A stretch of DNA of 64,000 nucleotides from Seison nebaliae (lineage: Eukaryota), in contig JALJEE010002373.1 of the NCBI GenBank assembly GCA_023231475.1, positions 1-64,000 of the forward strand, read 5' to 3'. Position 1 is the stretch's first letter. The number at the start of each line of letters is the position of its first letter. The position numbers were made by a program, and so were the translations under genes. Positions 23,120 through 37,288 of the stretch are shown here, in pieces. The notes beneath the pieces are model-generated. The model made no database searches. It worked only from the letters and a program-made list of their open reading frames with translations, and was not told the origin of the DNA.

Positions 23120-25768
23120 AAATTTTTTAATGAAATTTTTTAACCATGTATTTTTCAATATAATTTTCCTCTAATTGGTCGTTGATAAATTAATTGACCA
23201 ATCTTTGTCTTCATTTCCGTTGTCGAATTGTACAATATTTTCTCCATTCATCATCTTAATCTCGGTTGGTATCTGGAAAATGGGCATTGTGTTGCAGAAG
23301 ATTGTGAAGATTACGCGAAGATAATTGAATAATATTTGTTGAATAACGATCAAGCGTTTATATTTGATAATAGGATCAAAATAAAAGATCAGGTTATAAA
23401 TATAAGTAGAACTAAAACTTATCTTCATGAGTTTAACACCTCCTAATTGATTAGACGGAAAAATGAAACAACTCGTTTTTGTAAAATGATAAAAAAAAAG
23501 ACTAAATGAATAAGAATTTTCCTTTAAACTTTCATCTTTCCGTTTGCTCGGTCTCATTTTTCGGACATGTCTATAAAACATTGACGGTTAACTCTAATGG
23601 ATAATTGGTTAGTAATAAAAAGTTAGTAATTGGTGAATTACAATTCATTAGTTATCGTTCAAAAGAGTTCTAAATTGGATCAAATATAACCTCCATCAGA
23701 TTTTGTCCTAAATTTTTTTTTCATCATTATTTTTTTGTCCCTTTTTGATAACTGCTATTTGTCATTTTTCAAAAAAAAAAGTAAGTTGTCGTGCGATTGT
23801 TTTTTGATATTTTCAAAATTAACGGATTTACTTAATTTTTTTTAAAAAAGCACCACAATGATGTGGTATAATCATAAAAAAATTTTGGAATTAATTGAAC
23901 CAATATAAGTACCATTAATTCAGATATCAATTCCAATTTTTCTTAAAATTGATAAATCATACTTAGAAAAATCCAAATTTTTAAAATATTTTTAGAATAT
24001 TGTTAAAGTTAAAATCACTATCTTGTAGAGAATTTGAAGCTGTTTCTAGACATACTAAAATCAATCTTATGCGTTAAGTATTTCTTATAGAAAAAACTAT
24101 TTTTGTGAAAAAATAAATGGATTTAAAAACGACCCTGAATTTTCCTACAATCCCTTCATTTGTCAGATGTTCCAAAATATTATAAACATTCATCAACGAA
24201 CTAACGAATCAACTACTGAAATAGGATGAGTAAATTAAATTCAATCTAAATTATTTTTTGATAAAAAAAAAGAAAGTATTTGTTGAATGAAACAAACGGA
24301 TTATAGGTTAAGTGATTAGGAGAAAAATGTTGGGGATTAATCACATAATTTTGTGTCTGATGATATAGTCAGTGAAGAAAAGTTAGTTAGTAACACGTGT
24401 CATAACTATTGGAAGTGAATGATCACGATTCTTCATTTTCGTCAAGATAATTTGAATATTTTTCGTTAGAGAGAAGGAGAAGAGTATAATGAAAATGAAA
24501 TGATTTTCCCAGTTTACAGGAATCGATCCATTGTTCGAAGGTGTGTGAGAAGAGGAATGAGGAATCAGCAAAGAACAAGTCGAACTAAACTTCATTGTTG
24601 TTATAATGAAGAGGAGCAGTGAAAGTAGTTCATTAACTCATCGATGGAAAGATCAATATTTACTAATCACAAGATTGACAAAAGTTCGAAAATAGTTTCA
24701 ATTCCTTTTGGCATGTCGACGGAAATTCGTTGGTTGACAAGTAAAGCGCTTGTCTGCGCTCGAAACAATCAACCCAACGATAACATCAACACAATAGTAT
24801 TCGTCTAATAATTACTTTCCTATTCAATACTTCTTCGAAAAAACTTCTTTATGGATGATCATGAAACTTCATCTTAAGATTTCCTTACCATCATCATAAT
24901 AATAATAATCATCATCATCATCATTAATAGCTGCATCAATCTATCTATATTTGTGAAACGAATGAATTTGGCGAGTTGAAAGAACTGCGATAAACATGGT
25001 AGACATACCTTCTCTATTAGACATATGTCTTATTGAGAAATTGAATCAATAAAATTCTACTTTTTACTTCACTTGCCATTGAGACGAAATTGGAAAATAA
25101 TCTATCTTATTTATTTCCTGCAAAGAAAAACAATAAGAATTTTCAATTCCATTTGATTATTCTCCCGTCGTATGATTAGTTTTCAGCCAATCGGTATAAA
25201 GGAAACGATAATCCATATTTCCAATCAATTCCATAAAGATTTTTTTTGTCTGTTGAAAAAAATATTGAGATGGCACGAGTAACAAGTGATGGAAGAGAAT
25301 TGATCATTATATCCTGTGGAAGGAGTTAATTATTCCTCATAGATTAATCGGTCGACTATTTTGTTTTAGTCAAGTTCAGAGAGTTAAAGGATTGGCGGTA
25401 TATTCATTCCAATCAGTTAAGATATTTCACGCAGCGTAGCCACTCGTCCAAAGAAGAATTTTATTTTAGTTGTTTGATCTTCTTAAATACTTTTCACAGT
25501 CATCTCTGGTGAATAGTGAGGTAAGAGAAAGATTATTTAGTTTTTTTGCCGACCAATTTCAAATGTGGAACAAGTTAGTGAACAAGGAGAACTATTAAAT
25601 CCTTCAAAATTATTGTGCAGATTATCTTTCGCGCCAATTGTTAAACAATAAAAATTCTTTTAGAAACTAATATCTAATTTTCTCCTCTTATCAAATAGAT
25701 CATTCTCCTCTTGTTCTCATATTCTTTTTCTTTTTAAAATTCTATTTGATTATTTTGAACGGTTATAA

Positions 25769-26682
25769 ATGATTCGAACGGATCCACATCATAATCCAGA
25801 ACAATTAGCTAGTTTCATCATTACACTTACAACTCAATTAAAGAACGAGAACTTTCGCCATGAATCAACGAAAGTAGAATCAAACAACGCTACTTGTAAG
25901 AGACTGAAATACGAACATCGAATTGAAGATATTATTGAATCAGATGCGAATAATAATCATGAAAACAATAAGAAAGATATTAACAATATTGAACATAATA
26001 ATGAAGAAGATTCAGATGAACAAGAAGAAGAAGAGGAAGAACAAGATTTAACAAAATCGAATGAGAAACAATTATTCTCATCAATCGCTCTTCTAATTGA
26101 TCAGAAATCGCAAACAAGTTTCTTATTTTTATTTTTCTCTCATTAAAATGATTATTGGAAAATTTCAGATGAAATTGAATTAGGAGAAGTAAATCGAACT
26201 TCATCATATAATCGAAATGTTCATCAATTTAATGATGCCATCCTCTCACAAATACGTAATTTATTTGGAGATGGTGAACATAAGAATCTCTCTTCTTCAA
26301 ACAGAATTTGTCATGCAGTTTAATAAATTAATATTCTCATTTTAATATTCATCTAATTCATTAGAAGTATCCATATCCATGTAATGCTACCAGTTGGCGT
26401 GGAGGTAGAAAACCTGTCGCTGATCCATCAGGAAGAAATGCTAGAAAATATAAATGTGATTTATGTGGCCGAGGTTTTTCTCGAAGCAATACTCTAGTTA
26501 CACATCGAGTTAGTTGAATAAACTTTTCCAATTTTTTAAATTTCTCCATTATTCAGAGGATACATACTGGAGAGAAACCATTCGCTTGTGAAATTTGTGG
26601 TCGTGCTTTCCGTCAACCAGGTAATTTAACTAGGCATAAATTGACACATTTCAATAATCGCCAGACAAAACGAATCAATTAA
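25769..26682 (+). CDS. C2H2 zinc-finger transcription factor, two fingers, 4 exons
   Basis: [20 protein letters not shown]^[31 protein letters not shown]. Three GTT introns. From memory the finger helices resemble the C. elegans MNM-2 class (unverified). Confidence 0.88.
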
Positions 26683-27008
26683 TCCTCAAACCCAATTTAT
26701 TAAAACTTATTTTTTTCTTGTTTCAAAAATATAATTTATTTCATTTTTATTCACATTAATTACCAATAATTCATTACATGAATAATTCCTGAATTTATCA
26801 TATGAGAAGGAGAAAATTCGAAGGATTAGATAAATGAGTAGGAGAAGAAATAAAAAAAATATTAAAAAAAATTGCTTCTGAGAAGAAAACAGTTAGGAAT
26901 ATAGAATGAAAATTATTTCAATATAGAAATGAAAAAAATAAAAAATAAATTTAAATTTCAAATTATAAGTCATTGTTCTTCATCAAAAAATTCATCAAGT
27001 TAATTTGC

Positions 27009-27605
27009 ATGGCTACTTCAACGATCAGTGGAAATATCCTAAAAACGTTACAATCGATTAAAGGCAGAAATGCGTTAATAGTAACGGGATGTGGTATTTT
27101 GGGTTATTGTATCTATTTCGATTATCAGAGAAGAAGTGCTCCTGATTTCAAAAAGAAATTAGCTGAGAGAAGAAGAAAGGAGAGAATCGAACGAACTTAT
27201 AAAACTTTCGATGATATTCCATCAGATGATGACAGAGCCGCTGTCCAACAATATATGATGAATACTTTGGAAAAAGGAGAAATTCTGTTACGAGAAGGAA
27301 GAATTGAACAAAGTATTATGGAATTTGCGAAAGCTATTGCACTCTCAGAAAAACCATTAAATTTTCTTAATGTTCTCAAAACATCATTTCCTGCTGAAAT
27401 TATTCGTTTAATCGAAGAAGTTCTACCAAAAGCGAAAAGTGTTCATCTTTCTTTTCTAATTAGTTTAATAATTTTTATTTGATATATTTCATAGAGAGTT
27501 CGTTACGTTCAACAAAAGAAGAAACAAATGGGAAATGCTCAATTAAAAGCACTTTTCAGTCAATGTTTCCGACCACCCTCAATCATTCAAGAAGATGTCG
27601 AATAA
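27009..27605 (+). CDS. TOMM20: Mitochondrial import receptor TOM20, 2 exons
   Basis: GYCIYFDYQRRSAPDFKKKLAERR. The spliced C-terminus ends QEDVE*. Confidence 0.95.
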
Positions 27606-27763
27606 GTGAATTTAACCAAATGTTGAATCGAATTGTTTTCATTAAAAAAATATTATTTTTATTCCCAATTTCAACGAAGATGTTTAATTCCCATTATTTC
27701 TCTTATAATTTTTCGATAGATAAAATTTTTGTTATTTTCCCATTTTCTCCCACACTCAAAATA

Positions 27764-28029
27764 CTAAACGGTCGTTGTTGTCGTTGCTGTTGTTGTTGTT
27801 GTAACGTTGGATGATGGTGTAGTATCGGAATCTTTCGTGCCAAGGTAAATTCCCAAACCTACGACGAGTAGTATAATCAATAGAATTAGCGCGACACCTG
27901 TCAACAAAATATTTCGTTGTCTAAAATCAAGAGAATGAAATTTTAAAATTTTTCTATAATTGCTAACCGTTTATTTAAAGTATTCGGATGAAGAAGGCGT
28001 TTATTTTGAGATTTTCTTGAATCCACCAT
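27764..28029 (-). CDS. 72-aa single-pass membrane microprotein, 2 exons (not in the ORF track)
   Basis: MVDSRKSQNKRLLHPNTLNKR^QRNILLTGVALILLIILLVVGLGIYLGTKDSDTTPSSNVTTTTATTTTV*. 47-nt GTTAGC..TAG intron at 27921-27967. Confidence 0.7.
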
Positions 28030-30811
28030 TTTCCTTATTAATTTTTATTTTTTTTAAATATCATAAATTTTTTAATATTATTAATGTTCGAGTGACGTCA
28101 AATCTTCCAATGTCTTTCGTCATAACATCTCTCGTTTATTGTAAACATACTGAAGTCGAGTGAAATATTAAGAAAACGATTTCTCGATTATTCTTCGATA
28201 TTTATTCACTAAAATTACTTCTCAAAAGTTACCAAGCAATTAAATATATTTTATAAGTGAAACATTTTAAGATCTTCAAAAATAAATATTTATGATTTAG
28301 GAAGATGTCCATTATTGACCTCCATGGTTAGTTGACTGATATTTCGATGACTGTTGATAAAATTCTTCGAAATTTCCAACAAAAAGCATGCATTGTTTTT
28401 CTGATTTCTCGGATATTAGGTGAGATGAAATGGAAAGGAATTTAATCAAAATTAAAGGAAATCTTTCAAATTTACTTACATTTTTAGTGCATTTCTGATT
28501 TGTGATGTCTATTAAGAATTTATCACAATACAAACAGTGAAAACAAAAGACATTGAAAAAGAAAAAAAGAAAATTTAACAGAAATTCCTTGAAGTTCATG
28601 ACGTTTAAGATGGAAATAAATTATTCTTTCGATTTCACTGACAGAAATCTTTCGATTTTTAGCGCGCTTCCTTCTTCTTCACATCTGACTAGAACAATGA
28701 GCTGTGAAATTCTCTCAAATAATTTTTCGGTTGAAAGGATTCATATACTAACAGTTCATTCTAATATTAAGTAGACAATGATGGGTGGACAAGTCAAATA
28801 AGTATATCCGGTGTCTTTCTGATATTATGAGTGGATGAACGAACAAAGCTTATTTTATCCAACCCTTCCTTCTTGTTTATAGATTGCGAATTATAACTTA
28901 CTTTCGACTTATGTTGCCGCACGAATTGCGTGTATTTAGAATTGTGGAGAACTTATTTGAAGGAAGTCGATTAGTTCTCACCATGCCACTCGAATTAGTT
29001 AAGGAAGAAGAGATTGTTTATATATCAAGTAGTTTACCTTGTTGAAAAAGACAATATATTGATTAAACTCAACTTTTCTCCTATCTTAAAAACCAATTGT
29101 TGAACTATATTTCTATTATTCTTGATCTTTTATTTTCTTCAATTTCGATATCAACTTCAACTTTAATTCTTATTGTACTTGACATATGTTGTTTAAGAAA
29201 CTTCTTTTTTCCCATTTTATGCTTTTGTCCTTAAACTTTTTTCTGAGAATCAGAAAATTTTATTTTACTTCAACATCTTCTTTTGAAATTTGGAGAGAAT
29301 TGTTTATTGACGTTTTGGAATAGAATTGGAAGTGAATTAGATGGAAATTATTAGAAAACATCTTCTTTAATGAATTCTCCCAAGAGGTTCTCTGACACAG
29401 TTGGCAAGCACAGTATTGCCGGTAAATCGATATACCAATCGACGGTAATCAAAGTCGTTTGTTGTTTTCATTTAAGATAACCGCTAATTATCGCCAAATT
29501 GGTGAAGGTTGGCATTTCATTCCATTCCTCTTGGAACTTCCGATTTATTTGTAATTTATGAAATTCATTAAATGTTTTTCCAGTGTCTTCTTCATTTCTT
29601 CTTGGCGGCAATTACCTTCGAATGATTATTAAACACAGTTTCGCAGTTTCCTTCATTATCTTCCAATTTGTTTATTAGTATATGTCTGTTTTCTAAATTG
29701 TTCAAAGTTTTTCTTCCTTTTTCCCTAAAAAATAGTTTTATATGTAGTCTATTGACATACACCGCAAATATCACAGTTATTCTGATAATTTTACAAATAT
29801 TCCATAGTTGATTGAACTCATCGTAATAATAATATGTTGTGTATACAGAATTTTAAAGGATATTGATAGAATCAATTTCACTAAGAATATCATTCTCTTT
29901 TCATTCTTTATTGGGACGTTGTTTTTTGTAAATGAATTATTTCATCACCAAATTACATCATTCACAAAAGATTATCGTTAATCCTAAAATTATTAATGAA
30001 TATTCCTACTCTAATCACTTTCGACGATTGTTTATTTTTCATCCATTTTTTCCAGTTATTTCACACCGTCGGCAACAGAAGACAATGGAAGGAATTTCCC
30101 GATTAAATTTTCTGCTTATTCCCTATGAGAAAAGAGATGAGGTAAAAGATATGAATTGATAAGTCGTATTATAGATGTTATTGATCGTCAACATTCAACA
30201 AATATGAAAGTGTTATAGACGCACTTTTCACGACATTCCCCATTGTGACATGGTTCGACTATCAAAAATAAATATTATCTTTTATCGCTTGCTTATCCAA
30301 CTCGTAATACTCACAAGAGTTGTAGGAGTGTTCAAGTTTGATTCAATCTAAATCTGTCATTTCGCCGACAAATAAAGAAAATGTCACTTGAATTGGTGCA
30401 GGAAGCATCCCATCATCTTCTCTATATATTTCAGATGAAAGGAATCGATCCTTAGAACTATTTATTTTCATAGAAATTCTTATTTTGTTTTGTCAAAAAT
30501 AAAATAATTTTATTTTGCAAATTTCCTTAATTGAATTTTCTTTTCTCGATTATTCTTTATCACTTGAAATAAGTGGAAAGGCTGCAAAGTTGCTAGAGGA
30601 ATGCTCCACTGACTTCGTATTAGACACGTTCGATTAGAGTGTGAATGGAACAGAAAATATTGTTCTATTTCACGCACAACATTTCTTCGTATGATTAGTT
30701 CTAATCAGTACTTTCTATCACGTCCATTCCTATAAATTAATCATCAGATTCCTCTAATATTTACACTTTCTATTATTTCTCATTAATCAATAGATCATTC
30801 GTTTTTAAAAC

Positions 30812-31723
30812 ATGTCTAATCGTCGATATTGCTACAATTTGGCCAGTCGCGAAATTCTCTTAACATCAAAATCGCTCACCAATTATGATTATCCCATTTT
30901 CAATTCAACAACTGATTCCAATTCAACTAAATCTATGAGGAAACGAATCAGAAAGATGGCATATCGAATGCGTTCATTGTTAACACAAATCGAATCGTTA
31001 CCATCATCAAATAATCGTTTGCCGCATTTTCCAAGACAATCACTTGTATGTCATCGATTATCAGAGAAGAAGAGAAATGGGAAAAGGAATGAATCGGAAG
31101 AATCAGGAATTTCTTCACAAGATAATACTTTCTATCTTCATTTACATTCTACTCCATTATCTGATCGAACAAACAGTAAGAAATCCTTATCATCTACAAC
31201 AACAACATCAACCTCATCAACTTCATCAAATAAGTTAACATCTATTTCATCGAGTAAGAAACAAATTTCATCGAAACGAATAACTTCACCATCATCATCA
31301 AGAACAACGTTAATAAGACAATCATCCAAATCATTAAGAAGAACAATATTATCAGATAATCACAATTGCCATCATAATACATATGAAAGTGTAAAAGATG
31401 AGACGATGTTGAATGACATTCCAGTCGACCAACGTACATTTGTCGTGGGAAAACTTCCCATTATGACTGAAGTCCGACAAAGGAAAACGATATTGACGAA
31501 AAGAAAACGAACAATTAGTCGACCCAAATTCGTCCAATTGAAGAATGATGAAAATTATGAAAATTTCAATTACAGAGGTCGAAAATCGAAGATGATGAAA
31601 CTTGACGAAGATAAGATGATAAACATTCCGAGATGTTCAACACCAAAATTGAAAAGTCATAAAATTCGTCAATCATGTATCAACATATTGAATAGTTCTC
31701 AAGTTATTGTGGTCAATATTTAA
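30812..31723 (+). CDS. Orphan Ser/Arg/Lys-rich low-complexity protein, single exon
   Basis: 303-codon ATG-initiated ORF in very AT-rich DNA. No recognisable domain. Confidence 0.65.
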   Translation: MSNRRYCYNLASREILLTSKSLTNYDYPIFNSTTDSNSTKSMRKRIRKMAYRMRSLLTQIESLPSSNNRLPHFPRQSLVCHRLSEKKRNGKRNESEESGISSQDNTFYLHLHSTPLSDRTNSKKSLSSTTTTSTSSTSSNKLTSISSSKKQISSKRITSPSSSRTTLIRQSSKSLRRTILSDNHNCHHNTYESVKDETMLNDIPVDQRTFVVGKLPIMTEVRQRKTILTKRKRTISRPKFVQLKNDENYENFNYRGRKSKMMKLDEDKMINIPRCSTPKLKSHKIRQSCINILNSSQVIVVNI

Positions 31724-31821
31724 CTTTTGAAATTTACTTATTTATTTCACTTTCCTATCCTATTTATTTTTATAAAAAATAAAACATTTCCATTAGTTCA
31801 AATTCATGAAAATCATGTTGA

Positions 31822-33801
31822 TTATCTCTTCTTTTTCTTCCTTCCCTTTCGCTTTTTCTTCTCTTTGACTAGTGCGTCTGCCCAACCGATAAATGGAATG
31901 AAAGAAAATCGATTTTCCTCGTCCATGCGCAACTTACTTAAAAATTCCCTTTCCAATATCATTTCCAGTTTTGGAGTTAATTGACCACCAGCTAGACGAA
32001 TAGCCGTGAAAAGTTCAACAGCATTAATCGTATAAACTCTTTTCGCTTTCTTTCTAATTCTTTTAGCCTCCATTTTTTTTAGAAACTTCTTCAATTTTTT
32101 TGCTTTCCATTTTCTTAAACAGATTCGTAATGATTCTTCAGGATTATGAAAGAAATAATGTTCCAATGTTGCTGGAGGAATTTCATTTATATCCCATTCA
32201 GCTAAAGAAGTTCTTGTCGAACGAACAGGATAGAATGCTGGATGAACATTGGAAAGATGTTTAATCAGATGTTCTCTATCTTTTTCAATGATTTCTTTGC
32301 ACAATCTTTGTAATTCAATTGAATCATGTTCCTTGAAATTAGTAACTCGAAATCTTTGTATATTAGGTAGTTTGTTTATGAGAAGAGTATAGAGAACGAT
32401 CGCACCTCTCATTCCAATATTCATATTATCCATACCTTCGAAAACTTCAAGATTCTCTGCACGTTGCATTGCTGCGGCCAATACAACTGATGATTCGAAA
32501 TTTAGTCCAGTAGAATTTAAATATAAATTCTTCAGTTGTTCCGCTTTTTTCTTTCCAGTCCATAATCTAAATGAAAATAAAATTTAACATATTCTCTAAT
32601 TTGATAACTTCGCTATGGTTTGATAACCAGGGAAACCGAATTTATTGCCTGAAAGATCGAGATAACTCAATGAAGACGACGCTTTGACGCCCAAGATCAA
32701 TGGTCTGATACACTTGTCGTTTAAATGAGCATAAGATAGATTTAAATGTTTTAGAGTTTCGGTTTCTTTTAGATATTTTTGGAAAAATTTGCAGGTGTTA
32801 ATACCTAATTCGTTATGAGCTAATTCGATATGATGGAGAACGTCGTATGACTGGAGTATGGGCAAAAGGAATTTCACATTAATTTCTTCATCTTTTATTT
32901 TATTCCCTAAATGTATATATTGATAATATCATGTTGTTATGGTTGTAAGAAGAAGATATAGAGAGTAACTAACCATTAAACATTATTTTCTGAAGGGTGT
33001 AACTTCCACGGAAATTTTGTAGAATGACGAATAGACCAGCTGTTGTCAACATATTATAAGACAAATCTAAAGATTCGACGGTGATATTTTCCAATAATCC
33101 TTCTGCTATAAATATTGCTCCTTGATCATCAATAAAGTTGTGGTCTAATTTGATAGACGTACAAACGGATGTTGCTCCAACAGCTACCATGATTGGACGT
33201 AAATCCCGAGAAGTTATACAATTATAAGTTAAATGAATTTTTGTCGGATCTTTTCTTAACTTAAACATAATCATGCAAATAATATCATAAAGAGTGATAG
33301 TTATTATAATAAAATTGAAACTTGATGAACAAATGGAAGGAATTCTCTTTCCCCAAAATATTTACAAGCACATTCATAAGCTTTCAATATCTCACTCGAC
33401 GCAAATGTACAAAGTGTTTCTGATGATTCTTCTACGTCTGAATCATAATAATTTTCTCGTGCTAATTTTTCTGCTTGTCTTCTTTCTTCCATTTTTTGCG
33501 CAAACAACTGATGAAATAACGTAATATCCGGTTCAGTACTTCCATCAAGTACAAGAGGTAATGATTTGCAGTTCCTTACCGGCAATTCAAGTGGTGGCAA
33601 TTGAACGAGTTGTTCAAACTCGTACATGGGATGACCTTCCTTTACCAGTGGTAAACGAAAGTCTTGTAACGAGATTTGTAATAAGTGGAACTTATCGATC
33701 GGAAGAGGAGGAATCCGTTGAGCATTTCTTTTCAGTTTTTCTAATAGAAACCGATCTTGGATTATCTGATCCCAATTACTACACCAATGTATTCGTGGCA
33801 T
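31822..33801 (-). CDS. Leucine-rich repeat protein, LRRC74-like, 4 exons
   Basis: YECACKYFG followed by RNI-like LRRs (IKLDHNFIDDQGA, LDLSYNML, LELAHNELG-like, LDLSGNKFG). Three GTT introns and a basic C-terminus. Confidence 0.8.
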
Positions 33802-33994
33802 CTCCTTCCACCAAAATGAAGAATAGCGCACAAAAGAAAAATAATGATATTATTTTACGTTTAATCAATTAAACAAATAGACGAAATATATGAAGAAGAC
33901 TAAATCATTTTTTTAAACAGCTAAAACGGAATGCCTTAAGACGGAATGGCAACACGTTAACATGGATATATTATATTTTTGGTGGTACAATTTA

Positions 33995-36900
33995 TCATTT
34001 ATCTTTCTCATCTTTTAAGAAATCTAAAAATCTTATAAAAAATGAAAGAACAAGAAAATTTAAACCCATTTCACATGTACAATTTTTATGAGGGCAGTTA
34101 GGATCATCTATTCTAGTTCCCATATTCGCATTACGTCCAGCAACACCCACATTTTGCATAAAATCAGATGAAGTTAAACCAAATGGCACTTTTATGCGTC
34201 TAATTGAGTCTCTTGAGGTAACTGAATAAATTCTACAGCACGCATCTATGAAATGGATGAATTACAAGTCGAATAAATTTGAGGCATTCGATAAATTGTC
34301 GTACCTTTATTATTATTCAATGGAGCGGGCTTATGCGTTAATCGTGCAGCTATAATTCGTTATATTTTATAATTACAAGGAGAAATAGAACTTGAATTTG
34401 CTGTCGATGGTGCTATTGATTGTCCACGTCTAGAACCACCTCGCTTTTCTGTTTTCGATTAAAATGTTAAGAAACAAGTCATTTTAAGAAACTGAATTTA
34501 ACCATCTTCATTCTTTTTAAATAAGCTTGTTACTTGCCTAGAACCACCAGATAAAGTGGAATATGTTTTAGATGAGCCAGTTTTCGTTTTTTGAGTATTA
34601 TTGTCTATCGTATTAATTAATTATTAGGGGGAAATTAAAAGATATATTGATCTTAAACTCATTCGACTCTTGGAAAATTTCATATCGTTTTTCGATTTAT
34701 TTTGGTTCAATGCAGAAGTCGTCACTGATGGTTTCAGTCCGATTTTATGACCTTCCACAGATATTTTTGACATTGAGTTTGCCGCTTTCTGATTAGTTTT
34801 TGATGGTGCAGCATTGGTTTTTGATGGTACAGCATTGGTTTTTGATGGTACAGCATTGGTTTTTGATGGTACAGCATTGGTTCTTGACGACGATTGAGCT
34901 ATCCTGGGTTTTTGATTTGTGGCAGATTGAGCGCCTTTAGTATGAACCATTATCGATGATTTTTTTGAAATAATCGAATTTTTATTGCTTACTGAAGCAT
35001 TACGTCTTAATGTGGTGGAGGATTTTACTATTCCTAAAATGCATTGCATAAACGTAGTATATGATGGTTATCACAATAATTCAAACCAGTTGATGATTTA
35101 CCTTGAAGTTTAGTTAAGTCTTCACCACTTCCTCTATTGCTTCGCTCATAAGGACCCGTTAACGTTAAGGATACCAATGATGAGTCGACTTTTGGTCCTT
35201 TCCCCATAAGATTTCCATCAACGAAAGCTAACGGATCTTCTTCGCCAGCTAAATGACTTAAAGCTTTATTCATTTGTCTTCTATTTTTCAAAGGTAACGT
35301 TTCGCTTACGTTGGTTAACGGGTCAACTGGTCCGATGTTACTCGTCTTGGAATATATCCTCGTCATACTCTGATTCCCCAGAAAAAATTTTAATTTATTT
35401 TCACGAAAAATAACTTTGCCGCCTTGTGTACTCGGATGATTACTACCAGGAGTTGGTGGCAATGGCCTTGTCCTTGGACCTCTTGTCGGCGGTCTTGTCT
35501 TCGGTCTCACTCGAGTATTAACTGAAGTCGTTGATAGTATCGATGGTAGATTCGTATTTGAGATCTGCTAAAAATTATATGTCTCAGTTATACAAGTATA
35601 ATATAAAATAAAGGTAAACTTTTTGATCGTCATCCGCTTCGCCACCGACACATGTTTCTTTTTTTAAAAAGTTTTGGTATTGAGTCATTTTCCTCATTTC
35701 TACAATAGAATAAGGTTTGCATTTAGAAGATTGAAATTTTGAAAATGAGGGAAATGGAATATCTCTATTGTTCCATGTCTCACTACATGAATCGATTACA
35801 TGTTGAACATTTTTCAAACAAGATTTGACGAATGATCCTTTTCTCTCTTTTCCTTCTTTTTTTGGTACAAGATCGATATCTTTACTTATCGGATTATTTT
35901 GGATGGATTCTTTCACATCATCTTTCTAAAAAATATAAAGATTTTAATATGATTTACTATGAAAATCTTATAAACTTCTTCCTTCGAGGAAATTTTTGAT
36001 TCTTCTTTATTTGAGACCGTTTTATTAGTTACCATATTCTCCTTATCTTCATCATGAGGATGATTATTTAATATTTTTGGACTTTTATCATTTTTTAAGT
36101 TGTCAGTCCGTTTAATATCTTCAATATTTTCCATTAACTTCTGAATGTTGGAAAAATAATAGAAAGAAAATATTGCACAGTTGTAAAAGTTTTTTGAAAA
36201 TCAACTTGGGAAGATTTGTCTGATACATTCGAGGTAGAAAAACTGAGAAAATTTGATTCAGTTGTTAACGTTTGTTTCTTTTCAGAAAGTGGATCTTTAT
36301 CCTTATTTTCTATTACAATCGAATGAAGGTCGTAGTTATTATTGAATGTATTATCCTCTGGAATGCGTTCGATATAATTCGTTATAGGTTCATTGACAAA
36401 ACTTACTGATTTTTTCACCGTTAGTGATTTTTTTCTTCCTATCTGAAGAACAGTTTCATTAACTAAAGGATTGTTTTCTTTGTTCTCAGTTTCGTAATAT
36501 TCATAAGTGAATATATTGGTAGAATCAGAGAATTCATCTGATTTGTTAGTTGGAACAGTTTCCACATAATGTGTCGCAGATGTTTTCTGAATGATTTTAG
36601 TTTCGCTATTACTAAATTCGTCGCTATCTACTTGTAAAGTGAAACTCTCAACTTCAGCAGTTACAAGATCATCATCTTCTATATATGAACTATCACTGAT
36701 GTTTTCAGAATTATGATTGTTATTCTTCTGATTCTCTAATACACATTTCAACAATAAAATATCATCTTCTTTTAGTTTGTTTTCTTTCTTATTCTTTTTC
36801 GTAATCAAATAGCCACTACTAGTTTGTTTTGCTAAAATTATTGAACAGTCATCCAATTGCATTTTTTCCATTCCTGTAATTAGATCATTTGTACATTTCT

Positions 36901-37288
36901 TCTTATCTTTATCATTATCGTCATTTTCGACTTTGAATTTACGAAATTGATTAGAGAAACCTAAACGATGACCAGGCTTTCTCAAGAAATTTCTTATTTT
37001 GTAAGATTTTTGTTTATCGATTTTCCACGTTCTGCTAGTGTTACATCTGTGAAACGATCTCTTATTTTTATATATACCTTTTCTTGATGTTCGCCATTTG
37101 TCGGTATTAGAATTATTTGTAAATAGGTTAAACGCAACACAAGCAATTGGTGAAGTTTCATGATCGTTATGATCAGTCGTATTGTTATCGTTGTTTAAGT
37201 TCATTGTGCAAATGTTTATTGAATCATTAGGAAGACAATCATCATTATTATTGATATGAGCATTTTCCTCACAATTCGCGTTTTGCAT
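33995..37288 (-). CDS. Orphan low-complexity protein, about 9-11 exons
   Basis: ORFs 36134, 35913, 35584, 35034, 34624 and 33995 chain in frame through short introns. All donors are GTT except one AAG|GTACGA at 34304. Contains a KKSVSF (RVxF-like) motif. Confidence 0.7.
34793..34882 (-). repeat. Coding 21-bp tandem repeat, about 4 copies (KTNAVPS)
   Basis: Near-perfect unit TTGGTTTTTGATGGTACAGCA on the + strand. Confidence 0.9.

Noticed and set aside
23171..23581. 136-codon minus-strand ORF
   Set aside because: Composition resembles non-coding DNA, with no convincing motif or splice chain. It cannot be excluded.
25270..25511. Possible two-exon small ORF (MARVTSDGRE...) upstream of the zinc-finger gene
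   Set aside because: Only one plausible intron and no protein features, so it is compatible with chance.
34793..34882. Regular 21-bp repeats as a CRISPR-like array
   Set aside because: There are no spacers. It is an in-frame coding tandem repeat in a eukaryotic gene.
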